Shown here piece after piece: positions 8,477 to 18,800 of a stretch of DNA of 64,000 bases. The notes under the pieces were generated by a model. The model saw nothing but the letters and a program-made list of their open reading frames with translations, was not told the origin of the DNA and ran no database searches. This stretch comes from a virus: IMG/VR virus record IMGVR_UViG_3300027864_001020, positions 13,642-77,641 of that record; one strand, 5' to 3'. A program made the position numbers and the translations under genes. The number at the start of each line of letters is the position of its first letter. The stretch's first letter is position 1.

Positions 8477-9639
8477 TGCTCATTAACCTTCTTTTTATCC
8501 GCATAAGTTGTATGCCATTTAAGCACCGCTTTTTTCGGCAGCCGCTGATTTTCGCTGGTTCTTAATTGCGGAACCGCTTTTGCGACTGTATAAGTGGGAT
8601 TTTCTCTGTATGTGATACTGTATGTTTCTCCTACGTCCGGCGCATCTTCGCATAACCATTTAATTCTGTTTGTGCCGGTTAGAATAAAATCTACACCTTG
8701 AATAAAATCCCTGTTATTGCCCATGCAGGTAACAATTTCTTGTACAAAATAAACGCCGATTGTGTCATCTGTATTTGCAACTCTTTTTTTAACTTCCTTT
8801 TTTGTTACAGTGCCGGATAATACCGTTATTACATCGTCATCGGCGACATCACACGAATAAGGGAACGTGCAGACCGCATCCCCCTGATATTTTATCAACG
8901 CCTGTTCATCCGCTTTCGACATATTTTGATTTGCGATTGCAAACAGAAACGGCGGTATATAATCAATATCATAAGCCGTTATCGGTTCCGCTATTTCGAT
9001 TGTCTCTTTTCCTTCTTCGGGTACAGGGGGCTTTATAAAAAATATATCTGTCCGTAATTCCTTCGCTTCGTATACGACATTGTTTGCGTCAATGATTTTT
9101 CCGATTTTTACAAGATCCCCGGGAGCGGTGTGATATAAACCGTCAATGCCGTTGCGGTGTGAGCGTATGCCGTTTACGCGGTAATAACCCGCGCCTAATT
9201 TTTCGCATGAAGCCTGTGACACTTTTTTTACTATATCTTTTATCATAACAGCGTAAACATAAGTGCCTTTCATAACAGGGCTGTTTAAGGATATATATTT
9301 TCCTGTTTTAACCGCGTCTTTGAATTTCACGCCCTGAAAATCATATATAAAATCAAGAGCGCAATTCTCATATTCGTCTGCTACTTCCACAATTCCGGAA
9401 ACATCGGACATAACAGTCTGCGTAACCGTAACTTTCGCCTGATGACCGTACATGACACCCCTTCCGCCGCACCGCTTACATCGAGGATTCGGCTGCCCTG
9501 TTTCTTCAGTAGCGCATGGGCATTTTGTGGCGATTCTCCATCTCACGAATTGACCGTGTCTTTCGATTAATGCTTCGTAAGATTCTTTGCCAAAAGAAAG
9601 AACAACAGGTGAATTTTTTCCTAATCCTAAAGAAGCCAT
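8473..9639 (-). CDS. Head closure/neck protein
   Basis: 388 aa; GQFVRWRIATKCPC...CKRCGG motif resembles phage K/SPO1-type neck proteins. Confidence 0.6.
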   Translation of the reverse strand: MASLGLGKNSPVVLSFGKESYEALIERHGQFVRWRIATKCPCATEETGQPNPRCKRCGGRGVMYGHQAKVTVTQTVMSDVSGIVEVADEYENCALDFIYDFQGVKFKDAVKTGKYISLNSPVMKGTYVYAVMIKDIVKKVSQASCEKLGAGYYRVNGIRSHRNGIDGLYHTAPGDLVKIGKIIDANNVVYEAKELRTDIFFIKPPVPEEGKETIEIAEPITAYDIDYIPPFLFAIANQNMSKADEQALIKYQGDAVCTFPYSCDVADDDVITVLSGTVTKKEVKKRVANTDDTIGVYFVQEIVTCMGNNRDFIQGVDFILTGTNRIKWLCEDAPDVGETYSITYRENPTYTVAKAVPQLRTSENQRLPKKAVLKWHTTYADKKKVNEQ

Positions 9640-9657
9640 TATTCCCTCCTTTGACCG

Positions 9658-10404
9658 CTAACTTTGCTTGACATTTAGAATGTCTTGCAGTATATTTTTT
9701 ATATAGGCAATGCTTTTGCTCGGCTCGCCAACAGGTTTTCCTGCGCTACCGGCTTTGATAGCATTGCCTATATTTTTAAAAAGATTATTTACAGTAAATA
9801 TATCGTGAGTATAAAATTTATTATCCTGTCCTTTAACCATTCTTAACCTAACGACTAGAATTTCCTTTCTATTACCAATTTGAATAGGAGCGGCTATAAA
9901 AGTATTTTTTATTTGATTGCCGTCAAAATCATTTGAAATATCAATAACCTTTCCAAGTTTAATTACTGCGGAAATAGCGGGAAGCGCGTCTAATTTATTC
10001 TGGTATATCCGATGCTCAAAACTGGTTTTTACTCCCGCTTTATTAAATACCGCTTCTCCAATATCATGCCTTTTGACAGATATTTGCCCAATCTTATTAA
10101 TCCAATCTATAGCCTTTAATTTCGCTTCTTTTTTACTTTTTGCTTTAATAAAATTTTCATTCACTCTTTTTATAGGATTGCTTAAAAGAAAATCGCGGAC
10201 TTCTATTTTTTCATTGTCAGTCAGTTTTTTTTCTTTATAACTGTCAAATATTCCGCATAATTTCTTTATCCTTAAAGGGCTTTTCTCGGGTAATCCCGGC
10301 GAAATATAAACAGTCCTGTCAACCCCATTTTTATCCGGTCTTTTAACTCGAACCAGTTTAGAATAATCCTTAGCTTTTTCAACGCAAAGTACAAAATCAA
10401 CCAT
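9658..10404 (-). CDS. LPD3-like (BECR-fold, putative RNase) protein with N-terminal FVLxVEKA motif
   Basis: IGEAVFNKAGVKTSFEH...ALPAISAVIKLG...FIAAPIQIG...FYTHDI matches the LPD3 pattern of polyvalent proteins. Confidence 0.65.
   Translation of the reverse strand: MVDFVLCVEKAKDYSKLVRVKRPDKNGVDRTVYISPGLPEKSPLRIKKLCGIFDSYKEKKLTDNEKIEVRDFLLSNPIKRVNENFIKAKSKKEAKLKAIDWINKIGQISVKRHDIGEAVFNKAGVKTSFEHRIYQNKLDALPAISAVIKLGKVIDISNDFDGNQIKNTFIAAPIQIGNRKEILVVRLRMVKGQDNKFYTHDIFTVNNLFKNIGNAIKAGSAGKPVGEPSKSIAYIKNILQDILNVKQS
9668..9696 (+). promoter_or_regulatory. Antisense sigma70 promoter inside the LPD3 gene 3' end
   Basis: TTGACA-N17-TATATT. Confidence 0.7.
9701..9777 (+). ncRNA. Putative antisense small RNA
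   Basis: 13-bp perfect stem TATAGGCAATGCT(9702-9714)/AGCATTGCCTATA(9760-9772) followed by T5. Confidence 0.6.
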
Positions 10405-11540
10405 TACAATGATCCCATAGGCAAATTTCCGAGTTTTCTCTTATTCTCGTTGACATATTTTTCCAACTCATCCTGATATACTTTAACCCTTGCGCCGAAA
10501 TACGCAGAAGTAGCGCACTGCGTGGAACTGAACGATTCGCTTAATCCGTCCATTGATAAACTTGAACTTGAAAAACCCGACATAAGACCGTCCCCGATTA
10601 CATTTAAGAGCGCAATGGCGGCGGACTTGCTCACCGCTTCCCTTATATCGTGCGGCACATCGGCGGCGGAATCGAATCCCGCATCATAATCTATTTCGTA
10701 AAATAAATGCTGGCTCATCGTTTCGGAGCCGTACATATTTATCGCCGTCTGTATGCCTCTCACCGTTTCCGACTGTCGGAGGGGGCGTTCTAATAATTTC
10801 AACAAACCTTTTCTTTTATCCGCGATTGTTCTCGAAGTAATATCCTTTTTTCCCACAATGCGGCTTAATTGTTCAATTCGGTGTAATTCGCAAATAGGGT
10901 GATAGCGTGTAGCGATAACTCCGTATCTCTGTATTTTCGATAATTTAAAATCGTATACGGCATCTTCAATGTCGTAATCCCTGCCTTTTACATATCCGCG
11001 CTCTTTGGGATTGCACCTAACACGCTTTTTCCTGATTGTTATATTTAATCGCCTCTCAATTTCGGCGGTTGCGTTCTCGATATAATATAGTATTTGTTCA
11101 TCGGTAAATATTTGTCCGTTGGTTGCCTTAAAATCAGTCCCGAAAATCCATGTATAGCGGAGATCGTCAGGTGTGCATATCTCACCCCATTGACCGGGCG
11201 GCGGTGTGTAATTGCCGAATGACCAACCAATGGGACCGGCTTCACCGCAGCGCACAAAATTGGAATATGAATAATCGGTGTCTTTTGGCTCGTCTTTCAT
11301 AACAGGAACAGACCTGTATGCGTACACGCCTGTTTCTACTCGATTGTCTAAAAAATCGCCTACGGAAACAGAGAGCGGCGTGGCTGTTTCTTCAGAGCTA
11401 AATCCTGAATCAGTCCATGGCTCCCATTTTGCGCCATGCCCTTGTTTCAACCGCTCAAAATAAAAGGGACCGATACCTGAAAGCGTTATTACAACTTTAT
11501 TTTTTAATGATGCGGCGAATACCACATTGTTTCCGTCCAT
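10404..11540 (-). CDS. Head-tail adaptor/head completion protein
   Basis: 378 aa; C-terminal YDAGF...VPHDIREAV...SSSLSMDGLSESFS typical of adaptor proteins; position after capsid. Confidence 0.65.
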   Translation of the reverse strand: MDGNNVVFAASLKNKVVITLSGIGPFYFERLKQGHGAKWEPWTDSGFSSEETATPLSVSVGDFLDNRVETGVYAYRSVPVMKDEPKDTDYSYSNFVRCGEAGPIGWSFGNYTPPPGQWGEICTPDDLRYTWIFGTDFKATNGQIFTDEQILYYIENATAEIERRLNITIRKKRVRCNPKERGYVKGRDYDIEDAVYDFKLSKIQRYGVIATRYHPICELHRIEQLSRIVGKKDITSRTIADKRKGLLKLLERPLRQSETVRGIQTAINMYGSETMSQHLFYEIDYDAGFDSAADVPHDIREAVSKSAAIALLNVIGDGLMSGFSSSSLSMDGLSESFSSTQCATSAYFGARVKVYQDELEKYVNENKRKLGNLPMGSL

Positions 11541-11549
11541 TTTAATTCC

Positions 11550-12320
11550 TTATTGTTTCGGCTTTACTTCATTAAGTTCTTTTTCATATTTTCCAGCGTC
11601 AATATCTTCTTTTGCCCATTGAATTGCTCGACCTTGGTTTTTTTCATCATAATAAGTACCTGCCGCAATTTTTTCAAATTTATGACCGGGTACGCGAACA
11701 GATATACCATTATTAACGCGCTCTATTCTAAGCCCTTTGTAATTCATGGATTCGCCATTTTTTAATCCGCCGAATTCGCTTGACGCTCTGGTTTTCTTTG
11801 CATCATTCACAATTATCTTTATTTGGGCTGCTTTGACATTTTCACCTGTCTTGGATCTAATTTCCATTAACCTTTTCGTTGCTTCTTCTGCTTGCTCGGC
11901 GTTTAAGTTAGTTTGCTCCATAAGGCGGTTTTGAATATTTGTAATAACGGTAGGTTTTACAGTAATCGCAGATGATTGCGGTTTTTCTTTGGCAAGTTTC
12001 TTGCATCTTTCCGCATCTTCTATTGAAAATCCGAACTTTGGCAGTTTACCGTCTAATTGCACGGCTCTCATTGCTTTTATTCCCTGCGCAGGATCAGCGT
12101 TAGGATTCTTTGTAAAATAATCGGTAAGCCAATCTTCGCATTTTCCCCAATCGCCTCTGTCTTTAGTTTTCTTTTTTGCCGCATTTAAATCTTTTCTTGT
12201 CCCGATGCTCCCGTCCGGCAATCTATAAAAATATTTATAATTACCGGGCGTTCCTTCGCGCTTTACATACTTATGCGATTTTTCCACCGTTAAAACAAAG
12301 TTTACTAACGTTTTTTTCAT
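11550..12320 (-). CDS. Putative internal head protein
   Basis: 256 aa, basic; N-terminal NFVLTVEKSHKYVKR shared with other head-module proteins. Confidence 0.55.
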   Translation of the reverse strand: MKKTLVNFVLTVEKSHKYVKREGTPGNYKYFYRLPDGSIGTRKDLNAAKKKTKDRGDWGKCEDWLTDYFTKNPNADPAQGIKAMRAVQLDGKLPKFGFSIEDAERCKKLAKEKPQSSAITVKPTVITNIQNRLMEQTNLNAEQAEEATKRLMEIRSKTGENVKAAQIKIIVNDAKKTRASSEFGGLKNGESMNYKGLRIERVNNGISVRVPGHKFEKIAAGTYYDEKNQGRAIQWAKEDIDAGKYEKELNEVKPKQ

Positions 12321-12333
12321 AATAACTCCATAT

Positions 12334-12366
12334 AAAAACAGGGGATAATTGTTACACTATCCCCTG
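12334..12366 (-). terminator. Intrinsic terminator after capsid and accessory gene
   Basis: CAGGGGATA/TATCCCCTG stem followed by T5 on minus strand. Confidence 0.7.
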
Positions 12367-12394
12367 CCATAACTCCCCATTGCTGATTACAAGA

Positions 12395-12814
12395 TTAGTT
12401 TGTTATCTCATAACCGGGCAGGGCTTTAAGATAAACAGCGTCTTCCAAAGACGCAACGGCTTCGCCGTCATCGTTGAAAGTTATCGGCTTTCCTGTCGTA
12501 GCGGTAATTGTTATACCGGCGTTAGCCGAACATTTAACCGTTACGCTTCCCTTGCCGTTTCCGCCGCCGGTAGACTGCTGATTTTCGTCTTTTTTGTCAG
12601 ACGGCGGATCGTTCGCGCGTTTGTCTTCGCTTTTTGGCGGTGTGTCGCCTCCGGCTTCGTCTTTAAGAGCCTTCGTAATGACTTCGACAATGACATTGGT
12701 TTCCGCCGTAGCGTCAACATCAATTTCATTTGCTTTTGCCAATTCCAATAACTCTTCTTTCGACATTGCGGGGAGCAACGTAACATCAACAGGTTGTTTA
12801 ATACTACGCGGCAT
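12395..12814 (-). CDS. Small capsid-associated protein with HeH/LEM-like helical motif
   Basis: MSKEELLELAKANEIDV motif, acidic linker; directly downstream of the capsid gene. Confidence 0.55.
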   Translation of the reverse strand: MPRSIKQPVDVTLLPAMSKEELLELAKANEIDVDATAETNVIVEVITKALKDEAGGDTPPKSEDKRANDPPSDKKDENQQSTGGGNGKGSVTVKCSANAGITITATTGKPITFNDDGEAVASLEDAVYLKALPGYEITN

Positions 12815-14234
12815 ATTTCAAGCCTCCTTGATATTGGAGATTCTTCACAAGTGCGCAGAACTCCGGCGCTCTGACTTCCAAACTTGCGTAAAGCAAAATA
12901 AGGAAGGGTGTCTCTGCTCTGTCTGTGGGATAGAGCGGATATGTACAGAGCGGCAATAATTGACCGAATGTATAAACCGGCGTGATTCTCTGTTCGGTAA
13001 GGAACAGCATTGAAGCAGTACCGGGAAGATCGGTGTTAATATCCCTGTATACGGTTTTTCCGTCTGTTCCGGGCTTGACCGGTATCTGTACCATTTCCAT
13101 TACTTCGCTTCCGTCTTTTGCGGAACGGCAAAGTATAAAACCTGTTGGCGGTACACTGTTGTCAGGTGTGATCGAGAGTTCTACTCCGGCACCTGCGCCA
13201 ACCGCTACAGGGTTAGCGAGCGGTAAACCTTCGGAAATACCGGCGCGGTTAATTGCGTGAACGGTGTAATTGTAATTTCCGCCGTCCGCTACAAGGAACT
13301 GTGAACCGGCTGCACCGGCTATGGCAGCGGCGGTAAATGCTGTTGGTGTTCTTGGTCTTTCGACAGGATCGCCTTCGGCTTTCACAACGCCCTTGACCTG
13401 ATAGAACTTGTCAGCGCCCGCGTCTTCGCCGGAAAATTTGATTGTGGGTCCGATTGCGGTAGGATAGTCCGGCAGTTGCACGAAGGATGCTGTATTATCC
13501 TTCATTGTCATACGGAGCATATCCCTGAACAATTCCTTGATGTCTCTTGCGAGAACCGAAGGGAACATGGCTTTATTGACCGATCCGCCTCTGTCCCACA
13601 ACTGGCGAGCGACATCATCAAACAGACCTTCGCCTATTGCGCCGAGTGATTTGCCGCGCTTGTCTAAGACATTCGGCGATTTTGATTTTTCGATTGCAGA
13701 AATAAATCCGTCAAATTCTGTCGGAATAATATCGCTGTTACCGTGAAAGATCAAATATTCCGCTGACTGACAGGCGACTTCTGTTCCGGCAAGTTTTTCG
13801 GAAGTGTATGCGTCTTCGAGTGTGTCGGCAACTTCCATCTGCTTGGTAACAGAGCGGCGTGTCTGTATGTATTTCTGCGGAAAGAAAGTTCTTTCAAGCG
13901 CCTGATCGGTATCAAGAGAGCGTCCACGCTCTGCGACCGTATTAAACCGATAACCGCCGAATTTTGTCCTGCGGTTAATTTCGTGTACGGTACTCTTAAC
14001 AGGTACTTTCTTGACTGAATTGAGAATCTTGCAATCCTCTTTTAATGCAGCAACTACATTCATCATGGTTGCTTCCAAATTTTCCGGTAAAAGAGTACGA
14101 CCGCCGACCATAAGGGCGGAGTCTGTTTCATAACCGGCAGTGAGGGCTTTGTTAAGTTCCTCGATCTGTTGGGCTTCAGCTACGTTCGACCCGGTTGTGG
14201 CTCCTCCTAAAGAGCCTCCATCAAAATATCCCAT
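12804..14234 (-). CDS. Major capsid protein (phage K/SPO1-like)
   Basis: 476 aa; ELNKALTAGY...GGRTLLPENLE N-terminus with a probable K/A cleavage site; position after protease. Confidence 0.85.
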   Translation of the reverse strand: MGYFDGGSLGGATTGSNVAEAQQIEELNKALTAGYETDSALMVGGRTLLPENLEATMMNVVAALKEDCKILNSVKKVPVKSTVHEINRRTKFGGYRFNTVAERGRSLDTDQALERTFFPQKYIQTRRSVTKQMEVADTLEDAYTSEKLAGTEVACQSAEYLIFHGNSDIIPTEFDGFISAIEKSKSPNVLDKRGKSLGAIGEGLFDDVARQLWDRGGSVNKAMFPSVLARDIKELFRDMLRMTMKDNTASFVQLPDYPTAIGPTIKFSGEDAGADKFYQVKGVVKAEGDPVERPRTPTAFTAAAIAGAAGSQFLVADGGNYNYTVHAINRAGISEGLPLANPVAVGAGAGVELSITPDNSVPPTGFILCRSAKDGSEVMEMVQIPVKPGTDGKTVYRDINTDLPGTASMLFLTEQRITPVYTFGQLLPLCTYPLYPTDRAETPFLILLYASLEVRAPEFCALVKNLQYQGGLKYAA

Positions 14235-14264
14235 TTTTAACCTCCAATGGTTTTTGGACTGCCT

Positions 14265-15677
14265 TTAGGCTGTCTTCATTTCCTTAACAAGGAAATCGTA
14301 ATCTTCTTGGCGAAGATTGAAATTCGGATTACGCATTGCTTTTTGTAAATCCGATTCAAGTCTTGTTGATTTGTGGAGATCGATCCTTCCTGCGCGATAC
14401 GCTTTTGAAATCGCCTCCTGCGCCGCTTCAAAATCCTGAAGTGTCGGTCTGTCGCCGGTTGCGCTCTTTTGGGCTCCGCCCGTCTGCGTTGTGCTTTTGC
14501 CCATAACAGACTGTTTAGGCGCGGGCTGTCCGCCGATGATTGCGACCGCTTCAGCGATACCCTGTAACGCAACGCCGATGTCGTCAACGGCTTTTTCGAG
14601 ATCCTCGATTTTTGTTGTAGCGGACTTCCTGATTTCAGCAAGATCCTCTGACAGAGACGTAAGAAGCACGTTTACGTTGACTGTTGATTTTTTAACATCG
14701 TCATCATCGTTTTCTTCGTTATCGTCGCTTTTGATTTCGAGTTCGTCATCATCTAAGATATCCTCGTCCTCGTCTTTTTTCGCGTCTCCCTTTCCGCCTG
14801 TTATAGACTTCAGGATAGACTGAACCGCACTGGTAAACTTTCCTTGACCTTCGTTTGATTTAGCCATAGTAGTTTGCCCCCCTTGAAATATAATTTCGCG
14901 GACGGCAGTCCGCGCTCCGGCTTCATCGAAGCCTTGATCCATTAAGTAGCCGACAGCATCAATCTCTGTATCAATGCTGCCTATGTTCATTAAATGAATG
15001 AGTTTTTTTAATCCTGCTTTTGTTACGTCAACAGTTTTATCGCCTAAATCTTCAGGAATTAATGAGCGACCGTCTTTATAATCTGCGCTGTTAGTTGAAA
15101 CTTCACCTGCCATAAGCGCTTTTACAAAATCTTCAGGTTCAAAACTTTTCGCAAAACGGACAGCAGAAACAGTATGATTAACCGGCGAAGGAGTAAGAGC
15201 AAGATCATTCCAAAATACACTTGTAATTTTTTCCACGCCTGATTTTGCATCTTTAATTATTTTTGGGAATATACCGCCGACACTTGCCTTAATCCGTGTC
15301 GATCCGGCTTTTAATAAATTGATTATTTCTTGTGCTTTCGGGCTTGTGTGATACAGCTTGCCTTTTACTATTGTTTTTTTGCCTTCCGCTCTGACTTCAA
15401 TCGGCTCACCGATTATCATTGACGGATCTGATGTTGCTTGACCTTCTGCGTTCCTTCCCTTGTGCAAGTGATCATAACTGATAACACCGACATTCAAAAA
15501 ATCATCTTTACTGTTTAATAACGCTCTCTGTAATACAACCTGTTTCTGTAAATCTAAATTCTCATTGCTTGCCTCGACCTCAAAGATATAATTCCCTTCG
15601 GCATCAGGTTCACCGATTCCTTTTCTTAGCGTGAGATTAAGATAAAATTCGTTTTCTCTTTCAATCGCTTTTCTCAT
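14265..15677 (-). CDS. Prohead protease-scaffold fusion
   Basis: Likely start ATG 15677 after GGGG SD; YDH, ASVGG and WNDLALTPSPVN motifs; acidic coiled-coil C-terminus. Confidence 0.8.
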   Translation of the reverse strand: MRKAIERENEFYLNLTLRKGIGEPDAEGNYIFEVEASNENLDLQKQVVLQRALLNSKDDFLNVGVISYDHLHKGRNAEGQATSDPSMIIGEPIEVRAEGKKTIVKGKLYHTSPKAQEIINLLKAGSTRIKASVGGIFPKIIKDAKSGVEKITSVFWNDLALTPSPVNHTVSAVRFAKSFEPEDFVKALMAGEVSTNSADYKDGRSLIPEDLGDKTVDVTKAGLKKLIHLMNIGSIDTEIDAVGYLMDQGFDEAGARTAVREIIFQGGQTTMAKSNEGQGKFTSAVQSILKSITGGKGDAKKDEDEDILDDDELEIKSDDNEENDDDDVKKSTVNVNVLLTSLSEDLAEIRKSATTKIEDLEKAVDDIGVALQGIAEAVAIIGGQPAPKQSVMGKSTTQTGGAQKSATGDRPTLQDFEAAQEAISKAYRAGRIDLHKSTRLESDLQKAMRNPNFNLRQEDYDFLVKEMKTA

Positions 15678-15691
15678 TAAAACCCCGAAAA

Positions 15692-15757
15692 AACAAAAAA
15701 AAGGGCAGCCAAGAAACCCGACCTTGATCGAGATTCCCGGCTGCCCTTTTCGGTGCA
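15692..15757 (-). promoter_or_regulatory. Attenuator leader: conserved 18-nt box overlapping an intrinsic terminator
   Basis: TGCACCGAAAAGGGCAGC box; stem AAAAGGGCAGCC/GGCTGCCCTTTT plus long T-run before the protease gene. Confidence 0.7.
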
Positions 15758-15782
15758 TACCAATTTTATTCAGTTATACTGA

Positions 15783-15811
15783 ATATTATAATTATATATA
15801 TAATATGTCAA
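15783..15811 (-). promoter_or_regulatory. Sigma70-type internal late promoter
   Basis: TTGACA-N17-TAATAT (TATAAT also present at N15). Confidence 0.65.
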
Positions 15812-18800
15812 GCGGTTATTTTCATTTCCGCAAGTACCTCTGATACGGCTTTCCTGATACTCTCATTTTCCTTGCCATTCATGCCTATAGATAATTTTTC
15901 ACCGGCATAAAGCCTGTCTAACGCCTCTTCTACAGAGTAGCGCTCTCCGCTTTTTTCGTCAACGAATGACAGCCCTTGTAAAGCCTTTTTTAAGGCTTTT
16001 ATGTTCAACATACGCCCTAAAATATCCTCTCTGCTCTCTACGCCGCCTAAGAATATATCAGCTTCGCCATTGGCAGCCACTTTCAAGCCGCCGTTCATTG
16101 TCTTCATAAACTCTGCGAAGGCTTTTTGACCGCCTTCAATCCGTTTTGCCAATTCGACCGATACAGGATCAAGGCTTTCAAACATATTGTTTTGTAATGA
16201 GAATTCCTCAACGCTCTTGAATTTGTCTTTATTGATTGCTACCTGCATAGCGACATCTACGGCGCTGTTCAATTCGCCGTTTATTGAATAGCCGGTCATT
16301 CCCTTATTTTCTACAAGAGGAATTAAAGCCCTTAACAGCGTAGAGCGTATACTTTTACAGCCGGGTCGATTAAAACCGCGCAAGTTCGCTTCATTGATAA
16401 CAGTTCCCAGTAGAGCGGTTTCAATAAATGTTTTTCCATCATCTGTCAAATTGCCGTTTTCAAAATACCGCCCTGTTTCATTTTTACCGATTAAACCGGC
16501 ATCTAAAAACATATTGAATATCGACCTTGACGCATTAACATCTTGGTACAATTCGCCGATTGTTTCAAACTCTTCAATCTTTGCCGATACCGCCTCGATA
16601 GTATCCATTTTTATCATCTTTGATACTTTGGCGGCTTTCTCTGTCGGTCCCTGTTCTTTGCCTTCTTTCTCATTAAACTTTGCAAATTGTTCTGTTGAAT
16701 AATCGCCTTTTTGTTCAACCTCAAATACTACTCTTGGATTTTTAAACCCTGACAGATCGCTTTCAGAGAACCCGAACTTTTTAGCACGTTTCTTTAACGC
16801 TTCAATGTATGCTTTGTCAGTGCCTCTTTTTGCTGCGATTTTAGATGACATTGTGCGGTTGTTACCTGAAATTACTATACCGTCAGTTGTAACCACAACA
16901 GGGTTATCAAACTGTAAAGCCCTGCCGTCATAATCGTTTCCGGCATCCCACACCGCTTCTTTATTCGCCTCAAAATGTTCATAATCACGATCATTTATTG
17001 ACGATCCGTCTGCGTTAGCAGGAAAGCCCGGAGTTTTACTAAAAGTCTTTTCGTCATGGGAAGCGGTAGGCGCATCGGCTTCGACCAATTTCCATTTACC
17101 TTCTACGGTATCTTTGCCTACTTGAATTTCGTCTTCGTCTCCTTCTACGGATTTGGCATCAATGTATTTATTCTTAATTTTTAAGAACGCATACTCTGGT
17201 TTTTCTCTGTATTTTTTTATTTTTTCATCAAGAAATTCACCATCTTCATCAACAGGAACAGCCCTGTTATTTAACTCTTTTCTCGCATAGTTAATAATTT
17301 CAACACTTTGTTTTTTCTCCTTCACGATATTCTGCAATTCATTTTTACCCATCTTCAATATATCAGCACGGGTAGGCTCGTTTGCGATTTGCTTTTTACT
17401 ATCTTGTATTTTTTCTTTTTCTCTGTTTTTTCGATTTCGCTCTGCCTCTCGTTCAAGTTTTTTATATTCTTTACCTGCGGCTTTACCTTTTTTTTGGTCT
17501 TCATCAAACTTGTTACCGGCATTTTCTATTTGTGCATTTCTCACAAATTCGCTTAACTCTTGCACAAATGGTAATGGGTGTCCGTCTTTATCGGAAAATC
17601 TATCCCTGTTGGCAAGTATAATCTGCATCATCTCATGTGCATCTTTGGCGGCGGTTATTTTCTTTTTGATTGCCGATACCGCCATTTTTGCGCCTCGATT
17701 ATGGCTGTCATATTTCGGCTTCCATTTTCCGTTAGCTGTTTTGATATATTTCTGTCCCTTCCAGTCTCTTATCGTTCCTACTGGAAGTCCGCGCCCTGCC
17801 TTTTTTATTTCGGTTCTTTCCGCTACGATAAGGGATTTTTTCAATTCCTTAGTATCGTCATCGTCATTTACGCTTTCAAGATGATCAAGGATTTTCTTTC
17901 GGAACACTTCAAGTTTGTTGTCGGATTTTTCCATAACCGATCCTTTTTTACTCGCTTCAAATTGGATTTTCTCAATCCCTACAAGAAGCGCCTCTGCATA
18001 ATAATATTCACTATCGGTTACTTTTTTTCCGTTTATCTCATAAGGGGCTTGCCCTTTTTGTGGTCTTGTTTTCTTTATTTTTAATGTGCCGTTTTTAGCC
18101 AACTCTCTAATTTGGTTTTTTAATTTATCAGAATATATCTCGCCGTATTTAAAATCATATTCTTTTTCTATTTTATTTAACATTTCATCTGTAGCAGGCA
18201 GTCTGACTGTATTTCTTCTCTCATATTCAGCTTTAAGCTGTTCACTCATAAGTTTTGCTCTATGTTCATTATAAGCGTGTTTTAATGCTTTTTGTTCGTC
18301 TATATTGCCATTCATATCAACTAAATACTCTCTTGTTTGTTTTAAATTACTATATAACTTTCCTGTCTGATCAATTTCAGAACGAAGCTCTTTATCGCTC
18401 ATGTTTGCAATTACTTCTTCAGCTTCTGTTTTCCGCTTTTCTGCGTTACTTTCAAGTCTCTTTTTCGCTTCTTCATATATTTTTTCAAGTCTCTTATCCA
18501 TTGGTTTTTCTTCATTAGGATTAACCCATACAGTTGTTGTATAAGTTCTGCCATTTCGCTGTACCTGCTTTTTTTGCGGTACAAGCCCATTTCTGGATTT
18601 ATCCAGCGTTAAAACAAAATCTGCCATAATAGCCTTCCTTATTGCGCCGGTTTCTTTTACAACTCTGAAAAGTTGTTCCATTGCGGTATTTATGCGCTCT
18701 CTTTCCTCACCTTCGGGGTATGGGTATTGATCGCCGAATAACGGATCTTTATAGAATTCGTTTGTGGTTGCGTAAGCTAAATAATCATTTAATCGGTTAC

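Noticed and set aside
10450-10482. Possible antisense promoter TTGACA...TATACT in the adaptor gene
   Set aside because: Spacer is 21 nt and there is no downstream terminator structure
14680-14790. GAC/GAT-rich repeats in the protease gene
   Set aside because: Ordinary acidic linker of a scaffold domain
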